Shown here: positions 19,146-27,686 of the stretch, piece after piece
How positions within the stretch are numbered: position 1 is the stretch's first letter
Layout of the letters: each line of letters starts with the position of its first letter
Program-made: the position numbers and the translations under genes
Notes under the pieces: model-generated
Database searches by the model: none
The model's input: only the letters and a program-made list of their open reading frames with translations
What the model was told of the DNA's origin: nothing
DNA from: a virus
Lineage: Duplodnaviria > Caudoviricetes
Strand: one strand, 5' to 3'
DNA length: 59,080 bases
IMG/VR virus record: IMGVR_UViG_3300031965_000032
Location: 1 to 59,080 of that record

Positions 19146-19796
19146 TCACGCCGCCAGCGGCGGCACCTCCCACAGGCGCGGCTTGCCGTGAAAACAGACG
19201 ACCGCGGCATCGGCCGGCACGCTGCCATCGCCTCGCTCGCGCGGATGCGCTTTGCGGCGCACGTGCACCTTGTACGAGACGACCTTGCCAGGAAAGCGGT
19301 CCTGCCAAAATACCGGCTGTATTGGCGTATGCGCGGCGATGAATCCTTGGTCGCCCCACGAGCCTTTGGTTTGCGGGCGTGGCATCCACTCCCGACTCTT
19401 GGCGACGAAGGCGCGATAGATCGGCGTCAGGTCGTGCCGCTCGACGTTCCAGGCCATCACGCCGGAGGCCGGCGGGTCGTGCCAGTAGAAGTCGCGCAGC
19501 ATGGTGAAGCGATCGGCGGCCGAAGCGGTGAAGTCCATCGACCGCAGGATTGACGTATCGAGATCGACATAGACCACCGGCCCATCGAACAATTCCGCCC
19601 TAAACAATTCCAGCTTTGCCCAATAGCTGGGCCAGCCATGGATCAGCGCAATCCGCTCGCACGGCACCTCGCAATCCGAGAGACAGACGAAGCGATGCGG
19701 CAGAGAGAGTTGTTTGGCAACATTGTCGCGCAGCGCGGCAACGTGCTCTGGACGGTATTCGCGGCCGGAGCGAAGGACACAGGCGACGGTCAGCAT
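19146..19796 (-). CDS. GT-A fold glycosyltransferase (GT8-like)
   Basis: VACVLRSG, FVCLSD, WAKLELF, YVDLD (DxD), GDQGFI and FHGKPRLW motifs. Confidence 0.8.
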   Translation of the reverse strand: MLTVACVLRSGREYRPEHVAALRDNVAKQLSLPHRFVCLSDCEVPCERIALIHGWPSYWAKLELFRAELFDGPVVYVDLDTSILRSMDFTASAADRFTMLRDFYWHDPPASGVMAWNVERHDLTPIYRAFVAKSREWMPRPQTKGSWGDQGFIAAHTPIQPVFWQDRFPGKVVSYKVHVRRKAHPRERGDGSVPADAAVVCFHGKPRLWEVPPLAA

Positions 19797-20269
19797 CCGA
19801 GATATTTCCGCGCTATCGCGATTCGCTCGGGATCGACATCGATGCCGACGTAATTCATGTTGAGCATCTTGCAGGCTTTGCCGATCGTGCCGCGCCCGCA
19901 GAAGCCGTCCCATACCGTGATGCCGGAACAGGCATAGGCCCGCAACAACCGCAGCGGCAGGTCGAGCGGCATCCAGCCGCGGCCTGGTGCGAACTCTTCC
20001 TCCACCAGATCACCGATATCGACATCCTTGATCGGCAATCCGGCAAGGTAAACCGTATTGTGCAAGCCTCGCCCCCAGCTGCCGAACCGCACAAGCGGAG
20101 CGCTGACCCACCGTTCGGCGTCCGCCTGCCGCCGCACCCGGCCTTCATACAGATTGACGATCGCAGGCACGCCGCGCACCGCCTCCGGCAACGGGGCATA
20201 GGGATGCGTGAACACCAGATCGGGACGCGGGCCGTTCCATGCGGTTGCATCGCCGCAGATCAGCGTCAC
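19790..20269 (-). CDS. Minimal N4/N6 DNA-methyltransferase-fold protein with altered catalytic motif
   Basis: LICGDA, DLVFTHPYA (in place of DPPY), VWDGFCGRGT SAM motif, YVGIDVDP; only 159 aa. Confidence 0.65.
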   Translation of the reverse strand: MTLICGDATAWNGPRPDLVFTHPYAPLPEAVRGVPAIVNLYEGRVRRQADAERWVSAPLVRFGSWGRGLHNTVYLAGLPIKDVDIGDLVEEEFAPGRGWMPLDLPLRLLRAYACSGITVWDGFCGRGTIGKACKMLNMNYVGIDVDPERIAIARKYLGC

Positions 20270-20508
20270 CGCACACGATCCCTGAGTTCATAAAAATTCG
20301 CATCAACAGAGTCTTGGCTTTGAAGCCGCGCTTTCTCCATCGCGATATAAACCGCCGAAATACACTCGTCGCGGACGTAATCGTCTATGTCCCAAGCGTA
20401 AAGCACGTCCAACCCTGCGGCAATCATCTCGGGCGTGACCTGAACCTTAGAAACATCGATTGATGCCACCGGTACACCTCTCGTGGAATAACAAAGCGTC
20501 ACCGCCAC
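20266..20508 (-). CDS. Small hypothetical protein
   Basis: VTPEMIAAG motif; overlaps both neighbours. Confidence 0.55.
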   Translation of the reverse strand: MAVTLCYSTRGVPVASIDVSKVQVTPEMIAAGLDVLYAWDIDDYVRDECISAVYIAMEKARLQSQDSVDANFYELRDRVR

Positions 20509-21497
20509 AGCGACGCCACTCCGCCGACGTGATCGCGCAACCGTTCCGCAGCGATCAGTTCGACAAAATTCGCCGGATATTTCTCGCCCTCAAAGCGGAA
20601 GGCGAAAGCATCGCGCGAGGCGATCCTGACCGGATAGAACCGCGCCCAGCGCGGCGCCCATTCGGTATCCAGCCCGCGACCGCGCTGCGTCACGTCCAGC
20701 ACCTCGGCCCGGTAATAGCCACGATCCCAATCGAACGCTGGCTGCACGATCAGATTGAGCGATCCGGGAAACGGCATGACGCCGATCGCATGCTCGATCT
20801 CAGCAATGCGGCGGCCTTCGGCGTATTCGAAGGCGGCCGTGGCCCCGTCGGCGCCGGCCTGAGATCTCGTCAGATACGCCTTCGGCGCGATCTCGCGGCG
20901 GCGGAAGCACCAGACCTCGCGCGTCGGCACATGCAGCGCCGGCCCGATATATTCTGCCTCGAAATAGCGATCGGCGGCGTTGAGGATATTGGCCTTGTTG
21001 TAGCGTGCATGATGCACCGCCGAGACATTGCGCTGCACGACACTGTCGGAAGTATCGACCGGGTTTTCCCAGAAAACCACGCCGCCCGGCGCGCATTGCC
21101 TCCATAGCCAAAACCAGATCGGCAGATGATCGCCGCCGGCGCATTCGAAAACGTGGTGGTAGACCGAAAACATCAGCACGATATCGAATGCGCCGAGCGC
21201 TGGCCATTGCCGGCCCAACTCGACCTGCCGGAACGTGCAGACGGACCCTTGCGGATGCTGCGCCGCATGAGCCCGATTCTCTGCAATCAGGTCAACGAAG
21301 CCGCGCCCCTTGACCAGCCGGTTGCGATCGATGCCGACAACCTCGCCGGCCCCCTGCCCGGCCGCGAGAAACGACCAATAACCGTGATCGCAGCCGATAT
21401 CGAGCACGCGCGTGCCGGAACACTCCGGTAACGGAATCGCCTCGCGCTTGATCGCCATGCGCTCAGGCGTCTGGTAATCAGGCAACGGCACGGTCAT
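20499..21497 (-). CDS. Class I SAM methyltransferase fused to a CTP-dependent riboflavin-kinase-like (DUF120) domain
   Basis: VLDIGCDHG...GIDR and FDIVLMFSVYHH; C-terminal GVMPFPGSLNL and FVELIAAERLRD match the archaeal RFK motifs PxPGTLN and ExIA...LR. Confidence 0.75.
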   Translation of the reverse strand: MTVPLPDYQTPERMAIKREAIPLPECSGTRVLDIGCDHGYWSFLAAGQGAGEVVGIDRNRLVKGRGFVDLIAENRAHAAQHPQGSVCTFRQVELGRQWPALGAFDIVLMFSVYHHVFECAGGDHLPIWFWLWRQCAPGGVVFWENPVDTSDSVVQRNVSAVHHARYNKANILNAADRYFEAEYIGPALHVPTREVWCFRRREIAPKAYLTRSQAGADGATAAFEYAEGRRIAEIEHAIGVMPFPGSLNLIVQPAFDWDRGYYRAEVLDVTQRGRGLDTEWAPRWARFYPVRIASRDAFAFRFEGEKYPANFVELIAAERLRDHVGGVASLWR

Positions 21498-22026
21498 AGG
21501 TCTCTATTCCAAGATCGAATTGCGGACCGTAGCGGTCGAGCAACGCCTGCCACTTGGGCTTGCCGTTGTCCTTCGTAGACACATGGTCATAACAGTGCAG
21601 GGCGCCGTGCTTCCTGGCGAGCTGCCCGGCATCGAGGACGATGCGATGCGGTGCCTCCGCCTTGCCGTAGCCGCCGGTGATCATGTGATCGTGCCAGTGA
21701 TGCACGATATGGCGGTTGACGGCCACATGATGCGGATGGCCGTATTCGCCGCAGGCATTGTGCGTCACGATCATGTCGTAGGCCGAAAGATCGAGCCAAG
21801 CGAGGTTGCCGGCGAAGGACTGGTCTTTCTCCGGCTCCGGCATCGGTATCAGTCGCCCCTGCGCGCCGAGCACGGCGCATGCATCGAAGAATTTCCATGC
21901 CCGCACCGGGTCGGCGCGCGGGATCGAACAGCAGATCACGGTCCAGTCGCCCGGATGCGCGATCAGCAGCCCGCCGAAAAACAGCGACTCGTCGTCGGGA
22001 TGGGCAACGACTAGCGCGCGTTTCAT
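21478..22026 (-). CDS. PIG-L/LmbE family N-deacetylase
   Basis: VAHPDDESLFFGG and THNACGEYGHPHH metal-binding motifs. Confidence 0.9.
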   Translation of the reverse strand: MKRALVVAHPDDESLFFGGLLIAHPGDWTVICCSIPRADPVRAWKFFDACAVLGAQGRLIPMPEPEKDQSFAGNLAWLDLSAYDMIVTHNACGEYGHPHHVAVNRHIVHHWHDHMITGGYGKAEAPHRIVLDAGQLARKHGALHCYDHVSTKDNGKPKWQALLDRYGPQFDLGIETYDRAVA

Positions 22027-22325
22027 CCGTTCACAGCATTCTTGCCAGTTCCAATGTTTTTCCATGATCCCACAATGAGCCGACACCACATTTCGGGATC
22101 ATCCCCATTTCGCTTTTCTACGATATATGTTGCCGCCGCATTTCTGTGCGTCACTTGAAATTTTTCCCCGACTTTGTGATCACCAAAATCATAAGTCCAA
22201 AAACCAGCGCGCCACGGCCACGGTCTCATTAAGACAGAGTCCTGATAGCTACCATCGACAATTGGATAATCAACATCAGGCCACACGTAATCCATTTTTA
22301 GATCAATGGCTGGCATGTCGAGCAT
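22023..22325 (-). CDS. Hypothetical protein (lower GC)
   Basis: GAGG SD before MLDMPAID; stop overlaps the PIG-L start. Confidence 0.5.
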   Translation of the reverse strand: MLDMPAIDLKMDYVWPDVDYPIVDGSYQDSVLMRPWPWRAGFWTYDFGDHKVGEKFQVTHRNAAATYIVEKRNGDDPEMWCRLIVGSWKNIGTGKNAVNG

Positions 22326-22359
22326 ACGATTATCCTCATGATCGGACAGACGTTCCTGC

Positions 22360-24249
22360 TCACCCCGGCACCATGATATGGTCATCCACCATAACGTCGG
22401 TAACGCGGTAGCCCAGCGAGGCGAGCAAGCCGACCGTCGCCTTCGGCGCCAGCCCATGCCGGCGCATGTGCGGTGCATGCTGTTCTACCACAATAACCGG
22501 ACGGCATCTACGGATCGTCTCAAGCGCGCCCTCGACCGCGAAATGCTCATAGCCTTCGCAGTCTAGCTTGATCAGGTCGACATCGTCGAGGGCAAAATCG
22601 TCGAGGCGGCGGACCGCGATATCGCCCGGCGTGCCCGCCAGCAGCGTCTCGCCAGTATTTCCCGGCGTCGACGCGCCTATTGTCAGACTTGCCGAATCCC
22701 GGCCGAGCGCACAGGGATGCAGCACCACATTTCCCGTGCCGTTGATATTACGGGAGAAACAATCCCGATGCAGCGCGACCGGCTCGAATGCCGTGACCTG
22801 GGCAAACCGGCGGGCAAAGTGCAGCGTCCACAGTCCGACATGCGCGCCGACATCGACGGCGTGGCGGAACATCTTGATCTTGCTTAGCGCCCGTTCGATC
22901 TTGGTGGCCTGATACGATGGCCGCAGCGACGTGCGTCTGTCGCTTTTCGTCATGTACTCGATCAGGTGCATCTCATCGACGGGAAGCCAGATGCCATTCC
23001 AGACCTTGATGCGCGACGGTGCCGCGGCGAGGAATGCGTCCATGGACAAAAACGGGAAGCAGCGGATGGCGGAATCGGGATTGAGATTGACCACGGCGGC
23101 TCCGGGCGGGAGCCGCATACTGGCGAACTCTTCAGCCCATGACTGATAATCTTTTTCACCGAAGCGGCACGTCCAATCGTATCCGGCATGCCAGTGGCCG
23201 GGGCCGTTGAGATCGTAGCCGATCAGAGCGATGTGCATGGCCCCCTGGCAGAGCACGTATTCCAGCGCACCGCGGCCGGAATTATATCCGGTCGTGCGCG
23301 GCACGGTAACCACATCAATCGGAGGTGCGCGGTATCCCGGCGGCATGGCCGCGACCACCGCTCCAGCGAAAGATTGCAACTCGGCGGCCCGGCGCCGCAA
23401 CCAGACGCCGTCGGCGGTGAACGCCACATCGGCCCACGGCATCGCGCGAAAGCTGTCGTTGACCGCGACCACAATACCGCGCCCGCGCAGCGCCGATAGA
23501 TCGACCGCGGCCGCGCTTGGGCCGCCGCCGATCAAAAACACCGGCTGATGCTGCCAGTTGCGAGGATTGCGCCGTGGTGCTGCCCGCTGCGGCAGGTTCT
23601 GGACGCGTCGCTGGCGCGACACTGCCTTTTTCATCGGTTGTTGTTCCTGGGCCAGAAATTCATCGAGCGTGGTCACCGGCCACAGGTCGGCGTAGGCAGT
23701 ACCTGGGCTCGCATTCCAAACAACGACGCCCATGCTCTTGAGCGGCTGCACCAGGCTGGCAAAGTCCTTGCGGTGCTCCGGCCACGAGTCCGCTTTGCGC
23801 GGCCACGGATGCGGCGCATGGTGGTGCGTGCGCCCGTCCGGAGTCGCCTTGCCGTCGCAACCCAGAAACACCAGCGTCCGCGCGCCACGCAACAGTGCCA
23901 CGTTGATCGCCGACGCAAACGAGGTGCGGCGGAACATCGCCTGCGTCGGGTCGGTACTCAGTCCCGATCCCGGCTTCTTGGTGAGCCGCAGCACTTTCGG
24001 CACGTTGAGCGGCGCCACGGTGACGATCTCGCCGGCAAAATCCTTCAGCAAGCCGGCGTGGCGGCCGTACCAGCGCGCATCGCCGAAAATCAGAACCGAC
24101 GCCCATGGCGCGACCTGATAGCTGGAATTGATCGCGATCACGCGCCGCCCGCGCAGGCGTTCCACGTTCTGAGTTGCGAGAGAGGGACCGCCGCCGAGGA
24201 TGAAAACGGTCTCGCCCGGCCAGTCGGCCGGGACACGCCAGAACGGCAT
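22360..24249 (-). CDS. Three-domain protein: two Maf_flag10/MptE-like (DUF115) domains plus FkbM-family methyltransferase
   Basis: VFILGGGPSL..VIAINSS..FLGCDG..HHH and VFLIGGGPSA..VVAVNDS..LIGYDL..HWH; C-terminal AVDVGAHVG, AFEP, LIKLDCEGYE, RCRPVIVVE. Confidence 0.8.
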   Translation of the reverse strand: MPFWRVPADWPGETVFILGGGPSLATQNVERLRGRRVIAINSSYQVAPWASVLIFGDARWYGRHAGLLKDFAGEIVTVAPLNVPKVLRLTKKPGSGLSTDPTQAMFRRTSFASAINVALLRGARTLVFLGCDGKATPDGRTHHHAPHPWPRKADSWPEHRKDFASLVQPLKSMGVVVWNASPGTAYADLWPVTTLDEFLAQEQQPMKKAVSRQRRVQNLPQRAAPRRNPRNWQHQPVFLIGGGPSAAAVDLSALRGRGIVVAVNDSFRAMPWADVAFTADGVWLRRRAAELQSFAGAVVAAMPPGYRAPPIDVVTVPRTTGYNSGRGALEYVLCQGAMHIALIGYDLNGPGHWHAGYDWTCRFGEKDYQSWAEEFASMRLPPGAAVVNLNPDSAIRCFPFLSMDAFLAAAPSRIKVWNGIWLPVDEMHLIEYMTKSDRRTSLRPSYQATKIERALSKIKMFRHAVDVGAHVGLWTLHFARRFAQVTAFEPVALHRDCFSRNINGTGNVVLHPCALGRDSASLTIGASTPGNTGETLLAGTPGDIAVRRLDDFALDDVDLIKLDCEGYEHFAVEGALETIRRCRPVIVVEQHAPHMRRHGLAPKATVGLLASLGYRVTDVMVDDHIMVPG

Positions 24250-24254
24250 GACCG

Positions 24255-24572
24255 CTACGCCGAAGCGGCTACTGCCGCGATCACGGCAACCTTGTCGCCC
24301 GGGTCGGGCTCGAATTCGTCGCTCTCGCCGGCGCCGAGGAACCATGACGCGGATGTTTCCGGATCGGGGTCCGGTCCAACCGCGACAATGCAATCGGCAT
24401 CGGCGCGGAGCTTCAGCACGTTTTCATCGGCCGCCACGATCAACGCGCCGACATTGACGGCCGATCCGTCGATGATGATTTCCTCACGACGCACCACGCC
24501 GGCTATCTTGAGCGGCAGGAACGTCTGCCGCCGCATGTAGGCCCGCCCGAACATGACTTGCAGTGTTGCCAT
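24255..24572 (-). CDS. Small virion-associated hypothetical protein
   Basis: LRADADCIVAVGPDP...LGAGE...PGDKVAVI beta-sandwich pattern; follows the capsid gene. Confidence 0.6.
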   Translation of the reverse strand: MATLQVMFGRAYMRRQTFLPLKIAGVVRREEIIIDGSAVNVGALIVAADENVLKLRADADCIVAVGPDPDPETSASWFLGAGESDEFEPDPGDKVAVIAAVAASA

Positions 24573-24632
24573 CGCGGCGCTCCATTTGGCAAGGAATCCG
24601 CGCAACGTCACAGTGACGATGCGCGGGACAGA

Positions 24633-25655
24633 TCAGGTACGGCGGGCGCGGTAGAGCGCCTGCGGCATGGTGCAGACGGGGAGCGGGTAGGCTTTGAGTT
24701 CCACGTCCGCCCATTCGTCACGCTTATCGTCGACGACGATCTCGGAATAGAACTTCCGCCCCATCTGGCCGAGATGCGAAAACTTTTCGCCCGGCGACAT
24801 GGTCCACTTGAAGATGCCGGCGCCGGCGGGGAAGAACTTCGCCTTGTCGGTGCCGACGGCGACCGTCGTGTTGTCGTCTGTGCCGCGATAGTTGGTCCAT
24901 TGGATGCCGCCGAAGTTGAACGTCTCCCAGGCAACCGGATCGCGCAGAGCAGCCGCCGCTTGGTAATTGAGATAGGTCGCCCGCACTTCGGGATGGGCGC
25001 GCAAATCGTCCCAGAAGTTGTCGCCGCAGAGCGCCATGATGCGCACGCCGCCGCCACCGATACCCTTGAGGTTGCGGATCATTGAACGGACAGCCGTCGT
25101 GCAACGCTTTTGGATTACGCCGGCCACCGGATTCGCAGCGTCGAGATCGAAGTCGACTTCCGCCGGAATCGTCTGGCCGAGCGCATCGGCCCAATCGATC
25201 CAGGTCGAACCGTCGGCGTCGGTGACCACTCCCTGCACCACACCGAGGCGCAGGTTCTCGACCGTGAGGTCCAAGTCGCGCATCAACAGCATCTGCCGCC
25301 GCGAGATTTCCTCGGCCAGAGACTCCAGGTCGATCTCGCTGCCGAACCGGCGAATGAATGCCAGCTCATGCGCCTCGATGCGGCTCTTCTTGGCCAGTCG
25401 GCGTGTGGCGAACGGCCGCGCATCGCGCGGGGTATCCGCCTTTTCCTCCATCGGCTGTCCGCGTTCGCTTGTCTGGATCAACGCGGCTTCGGTGCCGCGC
25501 GACTCGATGTAGACTTCCTTGGTCCGAACGGGCGTCGGTTCGAACAGCCCCGGCACCGAGCCGAGGAATCCCGGCACGAAGCCGAGCTTGTCGACGGCCG
25601 CAGTCAACGACGTGGCGCTGAACGCGTCCTGCTTGAATACGTCCATAACGATCAT
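24633..25655 (-). CDS. Major capsid protein (lambda gpE family)
   Basis: DVFKQDAFSATSLTAAV, FNFGGIQW, YPLPVCTMP; follows the decoration protein gene. Confidence 0.92.
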   Translation of the reverse strand: MIVMDVFKQDAFSATSLTAAVDKLGFVPGFLGSVPGLFEPTPVRTKEVYIESRGTEAALIQTSERGQPMEEKADTPRDARPFATRRLAKKSRIEAHELAFIRRFGSEIDLESLAEEISRRQMLLMRDLDLTVENLRLGVVQGVVTDADGSTWIDWADALGQTIPAEVDFDLDAANPVAGVIQKRCTTAVRSMIRNLKGIGGGGVRIMALCGDNFWDDLRAHPEVRATYLNYQAAAALRDPVAWETFNFGGIQWTNYRGTDDNTTVAVGTDKAKFFPAGAGIFKWTMSPGEKFSHLGQMGRKFYSEIVVDDKRDEWADVELKAYPLPVCTMPQALYRARRT

Positions 25656-25707
25656 TGCAGTTCTCCTTTGCGCGTTCCGCGCTGGAAGTTTAGATGGTGG
25701 GTGCGCG

Positions 25708-26088
25708 TCAGCGCGGAGCGATGAACAGTCGATCCTTCAGATCGGCCACGATCGCGGCCTTCTCGCCGCCGTCCGAACTCTCGGCCGGGTAGGTGATCAA
25801 ATCGTCTTTCACGGTGGCGGGACCCCGTGCCAGATAGACCTGGCCTTCGATATCGCCGGCACTGGCGTCAACAGCCTGATGCAGGATTCCGGCGACGGCA
25901 GCCGACAGGCCTCCATCGGAAACCAGCACGCCGGCATGTGCGACGAGCTTGCCGGTGTCCCACTGCAAGACCTCGCCTGCCTTGAGATTTTGGCCGGACT
26001 TTACCGTCGCTGTCTCGAACGACAGTTGCCGATCAACAACCGAGCCGAGATATGCCCCGGCGTGGGTCTGTTCCGTCAGTGTGGTCAT
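25708..26088 (-). CDS. Head decoration protein (lambda gpD family)
   Basis: TVKSGQNLKAGEVL...AVAGIL...VDASAGD. Confidence 0.85.
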   Translation of the reverse strand: MTTLTEQTHAGAYLGSVVDRQLSFETATVKSGQNLKAGEVLQWDTGKLVAHAGVLVSDGGLSAAVAGILHQAVDASAGDIEGQVYLARGPATVKDDLITYPAESSDGGEKAAIVADLKDRLFIAPR

Positions 26089-26126
26089 GGATTATCTCCT
26101 CAATGTGACCGGGGCTGAATGGAAAG

Positions 26127-26567
26127 TCAGTTGCGCGTAACGCCGAACGCGGCGTTGGTCTTGGCAGCCGCGGCGGCCCACAGATCGTCGATCCCGGCCT
26201 GCGGCGAATTTGTCATCGGCGGCCCCATCGCCAGAGCGCCGCCTTGACCTTGCATGCGTTCCGCGATCGTCGGCGCCGTGGCCGTCGGCGCGGCGATCGG
26301 GAGGCCGGCGACGAAGGCGACAACATCTTCCGCCTTCATGTCCGGCGACTTGAGCGCAAGCGACATGGCGGTGTCGGCCCGGCCCTTGATCTTCTCGTCG
26401 CCGACGATCGCGCTCATGCGATCGTTCGCGGCCTTGGCGCCTTCGGCGAGACCTTCCGCCTTGCCGGCCTCGCGCGCCTTGGCGCAGGCGGCCTTGTGCT
26501 GTTCCAGATCGATGTAGTCACTGCCCGCGGTGTCAGCGGCGGGCGCGCCAGTGGTTTGCTCAGACAT
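26127..26567 (-). CDS. Nested in-frame scaffolding protein (Nu3-like)
   Basis: Internal ATG (MSEQTTG) preceded by GGAG SD, after a Ser/Arg linker. Confidence 0.6.
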   Translation of the reverse strand: MSEQTTGAPAADTAGSDYIDLEQHKAACAKAREAGKAEGLAEGAKAANDRMSAIVGDEKIKGRADTAMSLALKSPDMKAEDVVAFVAGLPIAAPTATAPTIAERMQGQGGALAMGPPMTNSPQAGIDDLWAAAAAKTNAAFGVTRN

Positions 26568-27419
26568 GGATCGACTCCGTTTTGAGCTGGAGCGGCGGCT
26601 GCCGCGGGAGAGATCGGCGATGACCTCCTCGAAACTGCCGAGACGATCAGCCATCCCGGCAGCAACTGCGCGCGAGCCGACCTTTACGTCGCCGGCTCCG
26701 AATTTTTCGATCACGTCGTCGGCCGCGATGCCACGGTAGCGCGCGACGGCCTCGACAAACACCTGCGCCTGCGAATCCACCAGCCTTTGGATACGCGCCC
26801 GGCCGTCCTCGCTGTCGAGATCGGCCATGCGCGACTTGAAGGGGGATTGCGAAGAAATGAACTCGTGTTGCCGGACACCGCGCGACTCTTCGGTCTTGCG
26901 TGTGTCACGGACCGCAGCTTTGACGCCGATACTGCCAAGCACTGCGGTATCGGCGATCACGATCTCGGACGCCGCGGACGCCAGCCAGTAAGCCGCCGAT
27001 GCACCAAAGCCCCCGACATAGGCAACGACCGGCTTGACCTTGCGCGCATCGAATATCGCCTGCGCCAATTCTGAGGCGCCGTTGACCTCGCCACCGGGAC
27101 TGTCGATATTCAACGCGATGCTGCGGATATCCTTGCTGTCGAGTGCGGCCTGTAGATCGGTCCGCAGCGTGTCATACGATGTTGCCCCGGATATTTCGGT
27201 GAAGAGGTTTGCATAGCGGAACATCGGGCCGCGCGCCGTCAGGATGCCGACACCGTTGCGGACGCCGAGACGATCCGCCCCCTTGACAGCCTTGGCGCGG
27301 TATCCCTCAAGCGCATCGACACTCACGTCATGCTCGCGCGCGGCGATCATGAGCACGGTTTCGATCCACTCTTCGGACATCGCCCATGCGGCATTGAGCG
27401 CAGCTTCATAAGCGCGCAT
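26127..27419 (-). CDS. S49 capsid maturation protease with C-terminal scaffold (lambda gpC/Nu3-like)
   Basis: NIDSPGGEV, ASAAYWLAS, GSIGV, GMADRLG motifs. Confidence 0.93.
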   Translation of the reverse strand: MRAYEAALNAAWAMSEEWIETVLMIAAREHDVSVDALEGYRAKAVKGADRLGVRNGVGILTARGPMFRYANLFTEISGATSYDTLRTDLQAALDSKDIRSIALNIDSPGGEVNGASELAQAIFDARKVKPVVAYVGGFGASAAYWLASAASEIVIADTAVLGSIGVKAAVRDTRKTEESRGVRQHEFISSQSPFKSRMADLDSEDGRARIQRLVDSQAQVFVEAVARYRGIAADDVIEKFGAGDVKVGSRAVAAGMADRLGSFEEVIADLSRGSRRSSSKRSRSMSEQTTGAPAADTAGSDYIDLEQHKAACAKAREAGKAEGLAEGAKAANDRMSAIVGDEKIKGRADTAMSLALKSPDMKAEDVVAFVAGLPIAAPTATAPTIAERMQGQGGALAMGPPMTNSPQAGIDDLWAAAAAKTNAAFGVTRN

Positions 27420-27446
27420 GAAACTTCTCCAATGATGAGACGAGAA

Positions 27447-27686
27447 TCAGCCGCCGATGAATGCCCGGCGACGGGTCGTCAACCCCTGTGCCGCAGCGCA
27501 TTCGGACTCAAGCTGGCGCAGCAGTGCGGTGAGGTCGGCCTTGTTGGCCTGCGAGAACGTGGTCGTGGTATCGCCGTGGCGTAACGTCACGACCTGTAGT
27601 CCAACGGCGACCTTGTAGACCTGCGGCCGCAGCCATGCGAGCACCGCGCAGGGATCGGTCCAGTCAGGATCGGCCACGGCCATCAC
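27447..27686 (-). CDS. Head-tail adaptor (gpW-like)
   Basis: TTFSQANKADLTALLRQLESEC...RRRA; adjacent to the portal gene. Confidence 0.7.
   Translation of the reverse strand: MMAVADPDWTDPCAVLAWLRPQVYKVAVGLQVVTLRHGDTTTTFSQANKADLTALLRQLESECAAAQGLTTRRRAFIGG

Noticed and set aside
19146-24249. Known DNA hypermodification system (T4-type glucosylation, 7-deazaguanine, aGPT/PLP clusters)
   Set aside because: No hydroxymethylase, thymidylate synthase homolog, DpdA/Que genes or phage DNA polymerase, and the cassette is in the structural operon; disfavoured but not excluded
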